Shown: one piece after another, positions 37,919 to 49,731 of the stretch
Position numbering within the stretch: the first letter of the stretch is position 1
How the letters are laid out: each line of letters starts with the position of its first letter
Assembly (NCBI RefSeq): GCF_016432865.1
Contig: NC_067399.1
Span: 589,186,001 to 589,250,000, forward strand
DNA from: Antechinus flavipes
Lineage: Eukaryota
Length of the DNA: 64,000 bases
Reading direction: 5' to 3'
Notes under the pieces: generated by a model
Seen by the model: only the letters and a program-made list of their open reading frames with translations
Told to the model about the DNA's origin: nothing
Databases searched by the model: none
Program-made: the position numbers and the translations under genes

Positions 37919-39022
37919 TTAGATTTCTCTTGAGTTCTGTGCTTGTAGATCAAATTTTTTGTTAAGTTCTGGCTTTTTCATCAGAAATAGATGAAATTCG
38001 CTTATTTCGTTGAATGTCCATCTTCTTCCCTGGAAAAAGATGCTCAATCTCGCTGGGTAAGTTATTTTTGGTTGCATACCAAGTTCCTTAGCCTTTCGGA
38101 ATACCATATTCCAGGCCCTTCGATCCTTTAATGTGGATGCTGCCAGATCCTGGGTGATCCTTATTGTGGCTCCTTGATACTTGAATTGGGTTTTTCTAGC
38201 CGCTTGCAGTATTTTTTCCTTTGCCTGAGGGTTCTGGCATTTGGCCACTATATTCCTTGGTGTTTTGATTTTAGGATCCCTTTCAGTAGGGGATCGATGA
38301 ATTCTTTCAATGTCTATTTTACCTTCTGTTTCTATGACTTCTGGGCAGTTCTCTTTGATAATTTCCTGGAAGATAGTGTTCAGGCTTTTTTTTTCATCAT
38401 ACTTTTCTGGAAGTCCGATGATTCTCAGGTTGTCTCTCCTGGATCTGTTTTCCAGGTCTGTTGTCTTCCCCAGAAGGTATTTCACATCCTTTTCCATTGT
38501 TTGATTTTTTTGGATTTGCTTGACTGATTCTTCTTGTCTCCTCGAGTCATTCAATTCCAATTGTTCGACCCTGATTTTCAGTGAGGTATTTTCTTCACTC
38601 ACTTTTTTAAGATCTTTTTCTAATTGTCCAATTGAGTTCTTTTGTTCTGTGGAATTTTTTTCCATTTCGCCAATTTTGTTTTTTAGAGAGCTGTTTTCTG
38701 TTTCCAGTTCACTAATCCTATTTTTTAAGGATTTGGTTTCTTTATCCACTCTCTCTTTAACTGACTTCTCCAGGCTCTTTTGCCAAGCCTCCCTCTCCTT
38801 TTGCAGAGCCTCCCTCTCCTTTTCCCATTTTTCTTCTAGCTCCCTTGTGAGAGCCTTTTTAATTTCCTCCATGAGATTCATCTGTGCTGAGGGACATAAG
38901 GTCTCTTCCTTCGGGGATTCACCTGGGGACTGTTTGTTTTTAGTCTCCTCAGGGTTTGGAGTCTGCTCTTTATCTGTATAAAAGCTGTCCAGGGTTAAAT
39001 TCTTTTTCAGTTTCTTGCTCAT
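37919..39022 (-). CDS. L1 ORF1p (coiled coil, RRM, CTD), 367 aa, uninterrupted
   Basis: ATG at 39022, TAA at 37921-37919. Motifs LENRSRRDNLRIIGLPE, IERIHR, PRNIV, REKILQAAR-like, YPARLS. Confidence 0.96.
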   Translation of the reverse strand: MSKKLKKNLTLDSFYTDKEQTPNPEETKNKQSPGESPKEETLCPSAQMNLMEEIKKALTRELEEKWEKEREALQKEREAWQKSLEKSVKERVDKETKSLKNRISELETENSSLKNKIGEMEKNSTEQKNSIGQLEKDLKKVSEENTSLKIRVEQLELNDSRRQEESVKQIQKNQTMEKDVKYLLGKTTDLENRSRRDNLRIIGLPEKYDEKKSLNTIFQEIIKENCPEVIETEGKIDIERIHRSPTERDPKIKTPRNIVAKCQNPQAKEKILQAARKTQFKYQGATIRITQDLAASTLKDRRAWNMVFRKAKELGMQPKITYPARLSIFFQGRRWTFNEISEFHLFLMKKPELNKKFDLQAQNSREI

Positions 39023-39615
39023 TCTGTCTATTTATCAAAGACAAACTATCAAAGAAACAGAAGGAAAAAAAAACCCTTGAATGGAGGCTGCTTTCTTTGG
39101 GGGAGGGGCAGGGTATTCGTGAGGCACAGGTCCTACTGTGCTATGGCGCCTGCGCACTGAGATCCGAGCGCTCTGAGATCCGAGCGGGCTAAGACACTGT
39201 GGGGGAGGGGTGGCCAGGTCCCGAGAAACTCCAGCTGTTTGGGATTGTATTCTTCACTCCCGGTGTTTTTAGCTTCTCTGCTGGGCTGCTGACTTGCTCC
39301 TATAGCAAAGCTCTCACCGCAGAGACGGCTGCGATCGCGTCCTACCCCCTTTCCGCTCCACCCGGTTCTGAGCTGCTATCTGTGCTCTGGTTGCCGCTGC
39401 TGCCCGCAGACTGCTTCCAAATACCGTCCCCGCCCTCGCGCAAAAACAGACCTTTCTTGACGAGTCTCAAGGATGGTTTCTCTTGGTAAGTAATTGTATG
39501 GTTTTTTTTTCAGTCGAGCATTAATTCAGAGGCATGAAATGAAATGAATAGTGAGAGAAAAACACGGAGATTACACAGAAGTGTATTTCCTCTCCGCCAT
39601 CTTGGCCGGAAGTCC

Positions 39616-40090
39616 ATAAGCTCAATAATCTTAAAAAACATGGATAGACTTGTATGAAATAATTTAGAGTGAAATGAGCAAAACCAAGAGAATGTGGTGT
39701 GTAATAACCAGTACTGTTTTAAGAACAATTTTGAACAAATAAGTCATTTTGACTTTTATAAATACTTAAATTAACTACAAAGGACATATGAAAGAAAACC
39801 CTATCTACAGCCAGAGAAAGAATTGATAAATAGAGGTACAGGATTATATATATATGTGTATATATATACATATTTGTATTTAATGATAGGTATCGCTAGG
39901 GTGAGAAGGGAAGAGAAAAAGAAAAAAAAGAAGAAAAAAATTTATATGATAATTATATATATATATAATTATGATATATATATATAATATATATCAAGTT
40001 GTACACAATAGATTTACCATTTTACATGTAATTTTTTATTTTATGCTATGGAAATAATTTTTATTCCATAAATTAAAGATGAAATCAAAA
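39616..40090 (+). mobile_element. 3' end of the old host L1, resuming after the young L1
   Basis: gacttgtatgaaataatttagagtgaaatgagcaaaaccaagagaa continues the ORF2 C-terminus/3' UTR that stops at 33162. Confidence 0.75.
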
Positions 40091-43066
40091 ATTTATCTCA
40101 TTTAGTCCTTAAAAGAATTTTGGGAGGCAGGTCCTACTATTATTCCCATTTTACATTTGAGGAAACTGAGGAAGACAAAGGGTAAGCCACTTGCCTATTG
40201 TCCATAGATATTGTCTGAGATCATATTTGAACTCAGGCCTTCCTGATTCTTGGCCCAATATTTTATCTATTGTAAGTGATAAGTGTTCACAAATACTTAT
40301 TTAAAACATAAGATTAAAACCCATTGTTCCTATTATAGTCTTCCAGGAGATAGAGAACAAATTAGAAAACCATGGAATTGTTGAATAGAATTTTCATATT
40401 CATATTGGATCTGTGTTGCTTGAGCAGTATCTTTTGGCCAGCTAGATTATAGCTTGAGTTTTTAGGTTCTAGGATTACTTAACTCATGATATTCCTTCCT
40501 CAAGATGTGGTTCACTTAGAGAAAATACCTCCAATTACTAGTTAGCACCTGGATGCCCAAGCTCCTGAATTCTTGAGTATTTGAGTAACAGCAAAAACCA
40601 GATTTATTCAACCCAGGACTGCTATTTGATCACCTTTGCTAGGGAATGAGATACAAAGTAGAAGAGACCATTGTGTCCTCAGTTTCATCTGAGCAAAAAC
40701 ATGTGAATCTTCTGTCATGTGTATATATAGCCATCAAGATAGGACAGACATTTTCCCTGAATCCACTGGAAAACCCATCAGAGGATTGTCAAAGTCCCAA
40801 ACTAAATGTTCAGGGCAGAAAAAGAGAGAGAAAGAATGAACATTGTAATTTTCAAAAAGAAACCTATTAAGTACAAAATAGCCTCCATAATGGGGACCAA
40901 GGTAAACAACCAGAATCCAATGGTGAAGCATGTGTACATGGTTTCTTCTTCTCCAGAAGTAACCAGAATACTGTCCAGCTTCAAGTGAAGTGCTTCTGTC
41001 TAGAAGATTGCGAGGGTTCCCTATGTAATGGAGGGTACCCCTCTATTACACTTATATGTTACATGTTTGTTTGTTTTTTTTTCTTTTCCTTTCCTATGAT
41101 AGAAAGAAATGTCCTTAAGAGAAAGGACAGTCTTATTTTTGTTCCTATATCTTCACAGTCCCTGGCACATAGTATAAATATCGACTGATTGATTGATTCA
41201 TTGCTTTGTTTATTCTGTTTAGCTCAAGTCAGAACCACCCTGGCACTTACATATTCTGTCTCTTTGCTCAAAAGGTCTCTTCTTAATGCTTCCTGGTTTT
41301 CAATAAATTTAAATGATCTCTGAACGTAGGGCTATTTGACTACTGGCATAAACCTACTATTTGGGATGTTTTCATATATGAGCACTAGAATGAATAATTC
41401 ATAAGAGGACTAGAAATTTCCTTCAAACAATACATACAACTCCCTTTCTTCTTTTTTCTATCTGGCTTGGTAAGTGATTGAGAGGCTTCCAGTTATCTGT
41501 GCCCATATTCTGATGTCCTAACTATTCAGGTGGGTGTATGTTTTGTGCATTTTTAGGAAGAACAGAAAGACATGTTCTCTGTATATAGGATCAGGATTGC
41601 AAAGTCAGCATGACAGTTGAGCCTGTCTCTCCTTCTCAGCCTAGAACTATTGCTACTTGGTAATTTATTGGACAGTTGAAGTTTGTTTAGAACATTTGAT
41701 TTGGATGGTGTATTATGTAGTTTTTGTATATGTGTGTGCATGCATAGGCACATGCTTTATGCTTTTGAAGTATTTCACTTTGATTTAGTTGGCAAAGTGA
41801 AACCAATTGAGCTGAAAGTACATAGTGTTTCATCTGTCAGGTAGCCAGGTTGCTATTTCTTAGACTTGTTTCCCATCCTCCTTCATTACTATATGACCCT
41901 CCCAATAAGCAACCAATTAAAGGTTAGTTCATTATTTTCTGTGAAGAAGCAATGAGTGAACTAAGACTGAATCCATTAACAATTTCTGGAGCACCAGTAG
42001 TTGCTGGCACTGATGCATTTCATTAGATAGATAGTTTGGAAGTAGGAAACAGACTGCTAAAATCAATCCTAGATAGGACTGGCTAACCTTATTTGTAAAA
42101 GGAAAATTATGATTACCTTGATTCTGGCTTAGAACCCTAGATTTTGGGAAAGCAGATGTTAAGCAGTTTGGAGAAAGCATAAGTAGGATACCATGGATTA
42201 AAATCCTATAGAGGTATTCACTCTAGGAGGGATGGGAAACTCTCGAAGGTGAATTTTGAAAACAGAAAGAGAAATAATTCTGGTAAGGAGTAAAACAGGG
42301 AATTGTATTAAGAGACTCATGAGGAAATCTTGCCAAACAAAACTTAAAAAAAACCTGCTTTAGGGAAAAGAGAAAGATCAAAGAAGGCTAGGATTGTTGC
42401 TCAGAGTGAAGAGGATATTGATCACACACTGTGGAGATAAGGAAGAAGTGCTCATTTTTATGCTTTCTATGCTAATAGTAATAATAATAATAATTAAGAT
42501 TTAAGATTTGCAATGTCTTAAGGTGTACAAAACACTTTACATAGAGAGGAATGATGTATGGACAGAAATAAGCAGTCAGACATACAAGACAAGACAGGAG
42601 ATAGATCATAAAAAAATACCTAACTAGTTTTGATGAGTTTGAATTACCTGTCCAGATCAATTACATCTTGAGGTATTAAAAGAATAGTTAGGTATGATAT
42701 TTAACTTTGGCTAGTAGCATTTGATAGATTATGTACAGGAGAGAGAGATACTGCAGGAGTAGTGGAGCCCAAAAGTTAAGACAATGTAGTCTGTAAACTA
42801 GAGTTTGGTGAGTTTCTCTTCACTTACTGGACTTGATTTTTTAGGGTTTGCTTAGCATCAAGATTCTATGATTCCACAAAAAGTTTTGATTTGGGTCATT
42901 TTAAGGGGCATATATTTGCTTGACTGCCAGGGAGAGGTTGATCCCTGAGAAAGCAGCTGATGGTCAGAAATGAAGTCATATTTGTTCTTTCAAGGTCCAG
43001 TTCAACTTCCACTTTCTTCAAGTCCATCAATTAACATTAATTTAGTGCCTAGTATGTGTCAGGTGA

Positions 43067-43300
43067 GGGGTAGCTAGATGGCACAGTGGATGATAGAATA
43101 CCAGGTCTGGGTTCAGAATGACTCATCTTTGTGAGTTAAAATCTGGCTTCAGACCAACTATGTGATCCTGGGCCTTGATTTTCTCAACTGTAAGATGAAC
43201 TGAAGAAGGAAATGGCAAACCTCTCCAGTGTCATTGCCAAGAAATCCCAAATGGGATCATGAAGGTTGGATATAACTGAAATGATTGACCAGCAACAAAA
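43067..43300 (+). mobile_element. MAR1-type SINE
   Basis: ggggtagctagatggcacagtgga head; tail gaagaaggaaatggcaaacctctccagtgtcattgccaagaaatcccaaatggg. Confidence 0.75.
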
Positions 43301-43589
43301 TGTGGCAGTCACATCCTTCTTGAAGCTTTCCCAGTTATCTCAGCGTATGCAGATCTTTCCCTTCTCTGAATTCTTGTAACACTTGTGATCTATACCAAAA
43401 GTGTCAAACATGGGGCCACTAGATGCATACTGTTCACAGAGTTTCTGAATGTAAAGGAACAACATTAAAATACAATTAGGAATATAGATAATATATTTTA
43501 AAACTACATCGATATGGACCTGCATGAATTTCTATATATGTCCTGTTTCTATTTGAGTTGGATACTTTTGGTTTACATTCATTATCTTT

Positions 43590-43752
43590 ATTTTTTTTTT
43601 TAAATTTTTGGTGAGGCAATTGGGAGTAAATGATTTATTTGGGGCCAGACAGATCCTCAACACAGGAAGTATTAAGTATCTGAGGACAGATTTGATCTCA
43701 GTTTCTCCTGACTTCAGGGCTGATGTTCCATCCACTGCACTAGATATCCTTA
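43590..43752 (-). mobile_element. WSINE1-like SINE
   Basis: Poly-T followed by gtgaggcaattggg...ggaagtattaagtatctgagg...ctcctgacttcagggctg...tccactgcac. Confidence 0.65.
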
Positions 43753-43914
43753 ATTTTTCAAGGAATCTTGTATCTCCTTATGAGATCTCTTGTACCACTG
43801 TCACATACTTAGTGTCACATGCTCATATTAAATGATAATATATCAACTCTTCATTAATGTTTCCTAATAAATAATATTTATTTACCTTTTCCCCTAGTTG
43901 ATTCCTTTCAAATA

Positions 43915-44420
43915 TATATTTTAATTTATTTAAAACTTAAATACCAAATAAGGAAAAATATTGTCATGTGTACAGCAGAATATGAGATGAATCAAAATAT
44001 AAAGCAATAAATTTCCATTTTTAAAAAGCCTATATAATAAGCACTACATGTTTCATTCAGAGATGCCCATCTTGTCTTTTCTATCTTGGAAGTTTTCTTT
44101 TGCTTTCTGCTATGCACTTTTAATTTATTCTTTTTTTACTCCCTTCCTTTTCCCACCCCCTGCAAGAAGACTACAATTAAGAATGGATACACACATACAC
44201 ACAAACACATTTATACATATATATACATACATACACATAGATATCTATAATCACACACACACACACATATATATACACATACATATTCATATCCACCTAT
44301 ATAAGACAGTACTATGCTTGTTGATCTTCTGTCTCGCTAAAAATGGATAACATCTTCCTTTATAAGTCTAAATCTTTTTGCCATATTTTTTCTAACTCAT
44401 CATTTCCTATACAATAGTAA
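43915..44420 (-). mobile_element. 3' fragment of an old marsupial L1, containing a CA/TA microsatellite (44185-44300)
   Basis: caataaatttccatttttaaaaagcctatataataa, typical of older marsupial L1 3' ends. Confidence 0.55.
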
Positions 44421-45441
44421 TATCCTGACTTTATACTATTTAGTTATTTTAAGTAGTCTAAAGCAATATTGATTAATAAAGTTAACATACTGCACTTTAT
44501 TTTTCTTTATATTAAATATATTTTAGCTTTAATTGTGTCTGAGATCATGATTATTATCCCTACTTTTTTATCCTAATAAATTCCAGACTTCTTTTCCCAT
44601 TATGTATATGGTGCCCCATGCAATATTAGTTCTTTACTATTTCATGGATGTTTTAGCATTTTCCTGCTTCCATACCCAAACTGATATTGTTCCCTATACC
44701 TTTCCCTCTCATCTTACCCTGCTGTAATCCTACCTGTTCTTCAAAGAACAGTTCAAATATAATCTTCCCTCATGTGATTTTTCCTTTTTCTGAACTCCTG
44801 TATCATACAAAGGTGTATCTTCTATGTCCTTATGTCATACTGTTTTGTAATATAGTTATTAATACACCTATCACATTCCCAGTGGGTCATAAATACTTTG
44901 AAAGCATAAATTCTGCCCTATTTTTTGTATCTTCTATAGACTATATGTCTTACCATATAGTAGACCCTCAAGCAGTATTTTAGGATTGTTAAGCTCTGTA
45001 GTAATGGCTATTACATATACCAGGACTAGACTTAGAACATAGGCAGAAAAGCAGCCAATCACCATCACTGTGAGATTCCTCAAACACAGGAAATACTTCT
45101 TGAAGCAAAGGGAGGGAGAATATCACTGCATAAGGTGGGGTGGTGTTCTCAAGCCTTAACCCCCCCTTTTTTGAGTTTAATATTTAGGTTCTCTATAATA
45201 TTATTCAAGATGAACATGACAACATTATCATTAACTCTGTGTTTCCCCCCTTTTAGAGTGTAAGCTTCATGAAAATTCTAGGACTGAATCTTCAGCTAAG
45301 CTTTATATGTCTATAGTGCCCAGTATAAGTCATAGCACACAGAAGACACTTAACATGTGCTTGTTGAATAGAATTAATGACTGATTATATGAATCTCATT
45401 TACAATATAATTATCTTTGGGGGAGTCTTATATTTTAATGC

Positions 45442-45642
45442 TTGGGCTTCTCAATCTTTTTTTTTGTGTGTGTGTTCATGGACCTTGGTCCATGAATAGT
45501 AGACCAAAATAGTAGTCTTTGAATAGTGTTTTCAAATGCAGGAAATGAAACACATAGGTTTATGTTGTGTTGAAATTGTGTTGAAATATAAATATCAAAA
45601 TATTTTAAAATTAGTTTGTGAATCTCAGGTTAAGAACCTTTG
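45442..45642 (+). mobile_element. hAT/Charlie-type MITE. Related copies at 46487-46664 (+), ~46809-46965 (-) and ~54300-54497 (-).
   Basis: Ends resembling ggttcttaacc...ggttaagaacc and shared internal aaataa..catag..aaaggaaaccaattat sequence between copies. Confidence 0.55.
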
Positions 45643-45791
45643 TTTTAGCTATTCTGAAGACATCAGGAGAAGCATATGCTACTGGAAAACCTCAGATATG
45701 TGAAAGTGAGAATGGTGATACCTTGAGGAAAATAGAAGAAGGATTGAATAAAAGCTCTAAACTCTTAGTTTTGCTGATATCATAATTTTGC

Positions 45792-45926
45792 TGACGTCAC
45801 AATTTAACTAAAGCAGTGAGAACCAATCAGTAGTAATTTAATCTCCTGGCATTATCCACCCGGAAATCAAAGTGTGCAAGGGTGCTGGCTGCAACCAAGT
45901 GAATGTAAATTAATGGATGAGATAAA
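45792..45926. promoter_or_regulatory. Candidate enhancer: CRE, CCAAT, ETS and GATA motif cluster
   Basis: TGACGTCA 45792-45799, CCAATCAG 45823-45830, CCGGAAAT 45860-45867, AGATAA ~45919-45926, in non-repetitive DNA. Confidence 0.4.
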
Positions 45927-48900
45927 CTTGTGCAGGTTAAAATCAATCCAGAATCTAAAAATAGGAAATCTTCAGCTACTTTGGTAAAGGAGATGACTTG
46001 TACAGATATTTATAGACCAGAGGGGAGACTGTGCTAGCATAGGGATGCTGAGGCAAAGAAGCCAGCTCTTCTTTCTCTTTCTCTTCAGCACTATTGAGTG
46101 AATTTTTTTTCCTGGCTCTCTGAGGGAGTGGTTCTGAGAAGAAACCCTGTTCTTTGAAGACTTGGGGGTACAAACTGAATCCCCTGACTTTGACTTAGGC
46201 AGCTTCCTCAGAGTTTTTTGGACTGCTGGGCCTGACTCAGTCTGACCTGACTTAAAAAAGAGTAAGAAGGTAAGTGGTTGTTGGGGAGAGGGGGTCTTGG
46301 GACTGGGTTTCTTGACTGCCTTTCTTTAGAGAGAGCCAAAGAAATGGGACTTAGGGGCTAGGAAAGGGCCCTACAAAGTCATTCTGTGTCAGTAGTTTCT
46401 CCAGGGTTACAAAAATTTTGATTCCTTGCTAAATCTTAGGTTCAAATAATGCTAGAGCTGAAAGGATCATAAAGATCCCTTAAACCTAGAAGTTTCTTAA
46501 TTTTTTGTGTCAAGACCCCTAAACTTATGGATGTCTTTTCAGAATGATACTTTAGGTACCTGCATCTTTAAATAAGATGCATAGAATTATAAAGGAAACC
46601 AATTATGTAGAAATGTAATTATGAAAATAAAACAAGCTTACAGAGCCCTGGTTAAGAATCTCTGCTGAATATAACCCCTTTGTTACACAGATGAAAAAAA
46701 ACTGCTACTGTAATCTTTTGATTCTTCATTTCTTTGCTTGCTTACATGTGCCTGTGTGTGTGTGTGTGTGTGTGCATATATGCACACATCAAAAAGGTTA
46801 GATTAAGCACAGGTTCTTAATGTAGCCTCTGTGAGCTTCTCTAAACATTTTTTGGGATAACTATATTTTGATGTAATTGATTTCTTTTGTAATATTATGT
46901 TCTTAAAAGTATTATTCAAAAAAGAAATCAATAGGCTTCACTAGCTGCTGTAAGAGGGGTCCATGATCCAATAGGCAAAGCAAGAAAGCTAATTTTGCTA
47001 AATTGTAGAGTGCATAAAGTGGAAGAATGAACAAATATTTCAGAAAAGTGGGATAGTCAAGATTTTGAAACGCTTTAAAAGCTGCTATACTGCTTCCCAT
47101 AATATCATACCCTCACAAATAGAGCAATGACTCCCTATTAACTTCAGAACAAGTACAGAATACTCATTTTGGTATTCACAGCCCTTTATAACTGACTCCT
47201 TTCCACCCTTCTTGTATTCTTATTCCTTACTCTCTTAAACATACTCTGATCCAGTGCTACTGGCCTCTTTGTTGTTTTGTGATCAAGATACTCCATCGCT
47301 CAGGTTCTGCTATTTTCTCTGGATTCTATTCTATTCTACATCATTACTTAATTTTAATAAATAAATAAAAATAAAATAAATGAATAGTCTTTAAAAAAAA
47401 AGAGCTTTACATATGCTTCACAGTAAGCCCATGAAGGTAGTATTAAACTACTTCAGTCCCTAAATTGTTAGGGACTTCATCTGATGATCTATCCCTCCAC
47501 CAGTACTTATTTAACATTTACAAATGTGTGTAGATTGTTTACAGAGGTACCAAAGAATTAGGAAATGGGGCAGGATAGGGGAGAAATACAGTGTAAAGCC
47601 CCTTTTTCTGGGAAGTCACAATTTGCATAAATGAAACATGGAACAAATGGGAAATTACAAAGCAAGGTAAGTAGAAACATAAAACAGTGTTATGTGCATA
47701 TGCAGAACCAAAAAGCAGGCAGGCAAGAATGGCGTGTTTAGAGAAATTTTCTTGGAGGAGGTATATTTTCAGCCAGGAAAAAAAGAGAGCATTTGGTTTA
47801 GTTTTATTTGTCCATCTATCCCTTCTCCCCAAAGCCAATATAGGTTGGGTGGGTTGTTTGGGGGAGTGTGTGACTTATTTATGAAGCTAATTGTAGTTTA
47901 CTGAACACCTTGATTCAGCTTGGCCATGGACAACCCATCAGCCATCCAGCTTTGGTTCTTAGTCGAGTGCTTTGGAGTGAGGTCTCATATTTCCTGGCCC
48001 AGAGCACTGAATGACAGGGATCCCAAGGATACTCCATGGCACCAACCCAATACTCTTTTGAAAGCTTTGCTTCTGCCCTCGGCAAGAAAACCCATTCTTT
48101 GGTTTGATCCTACTGCCCGGCCTCCCCTAAGGATATGATGTGGTGCAGCTAACCAAAAAGAAAAACAAAAACCACTCAGCATGACCTAATATAGCCTGGC
48201 ATTTAAATCCCAAACAGAACAAGAACGAGGAGTAGTAACTGAAAACACGAGATATTTACCAACTTTTAGGACAGGATGGTAAGAAGTTAATTCCTTTTCC
48301 CTTCAAGGAAGAAAAGATGGTGACCTGAATGAGGAGGAAACTTTCTGGTACCCAGGTAATCCAGGTCTTTTGTCTACCTGAGCCAGTAGGAGAAGGTGCC
48401 CAGTAAACAAAGGACACTTTCCTACTTAGCTTGGACGGGAGGAATGCAGTTGGTTACCTAGTCTGTCTTATGGCTTCTAGTTTCTACATAGATCTCTGGG
48501 GATGAGTCCCTAATCAAAAGAAGAGTTTTCTAAAGAGTTTGAATTGCCAGGCTGTTAATGGGGGAGGGAACTATAGGCAGAGAGCCACACGAGGTTATAA
48601 ATTCCATCACTCTGACCTCTTAGAGTACAGCTTTAGATTCTTTTTTTTTTTTCCATGTGAATAAAATGGTTTGCTTGGGTTTTGACCCTACAAGGAGTCC
48701 CTGAGTGACAGACCCATCCTTGGCTCTTGCTGGACCTCCCAGGCCATAGTAGAGCTAAGGATGACCTTAAGCATGGGTGGAACTTGGGAAAAGCACAAAG
48801 GGGTGTGACTCTTCCCCAGCAGGAAATCTTGATCTCAAGGAAGAGCCAAGGAGTGGAAGGTCTTTGAAGCTATTTTGATAGATTCATTTTTCTTTTTTTG

Positions 48901-49731
48901 AGAGGAGGGTCAAGGAGAGAAAAGGAAGAGAAGGCAGCAGAACAGAAACCAAGATTAAGGATAGAGATAATTTCTATCATTGTTTTCTAACCTGATTTAT
49001 AAGTGACCTGTTGTCCATTTATTGAAAACCCAGTAATTTTGTCCTTGGCACGTATTCTCTGTGGTTAAAGACCAAAGTCATGTTCATCTTTATGAAAAGT
49101 GAGGGAAGGAAAAACGAGCACATTGGATCTTCAATTTCTAAAACTTATTGGTTATTGATGGAGTTTAACTTTCTGCCTTATGATACTTAGTTCATGTATT
49201 TGATGAAATTCTTGAAATATAAAGCTCATGTAATATATACACATGTATGTGCACTTATTCTGTACTATTCTGTGTTTCTTTAATGACATTAGTATGATAT
49301 AATAGAAAAATATTGTCCCTAAAAGGAGAGGGCATGGGTTCAAATTCTACCTTTTATGTTTACTGCCTGTGTATCCTGGAGCAAGACATTTCTCTGTACC
49401 TCTACTTCCCTCTCTGTATGCAATGAGTTTTCAGTGGTACTTTAGCACTTGTTTGCATTGAAACTCAACAAATCCAGTACTCAATGCATTTTGATGAGAA
49501 AAAATGGTTTAGCACTTGATGTTTGCTTGGCACTTGTCACAATTGGTAGTTGTCTTAGTTGAGCAGTAGGGTTGTGAGGTTGGCCAGGCACCCTGTCCAG
49601 CCCCTGCAAATGTTATTGCCCTCGGCTGTGGGTAGCTCCTCCCCATCCATGCATCAGTGAGCATGACTGTCACGTAAGAGCTCACAAAGCTTAGGTGTGC
49701 CCATCAGTGGGCAGGTTGTGGTGCAGTTCTT

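Larger units (their letters stand above)
33163..39615 (-). mobile_element. Full-length L1 (~6.45 kb) with intact ORF1 and ORF2, poly(A) tail and 17-bp TSD
   Basis: TSD ATAAGCTCAATAATCTT at 33146-33162 and 39616-39632. T22 tail at 33161-33182. 5' end GGACTTCCGGCCAAGATGGCGG (YY1-type motif). Target TT/AAGA. CpG-rich 5' UTR 39023-39615. Confidence 0.98.

Noticed and set aside
38956-39489. Possible ORF0-like antisense ORFs in the L1 5' UTR
   Set aside because: The listed ORFs start at non-ATG codons. The real ATGs (39081, 39143) hit stops within 14 codons.
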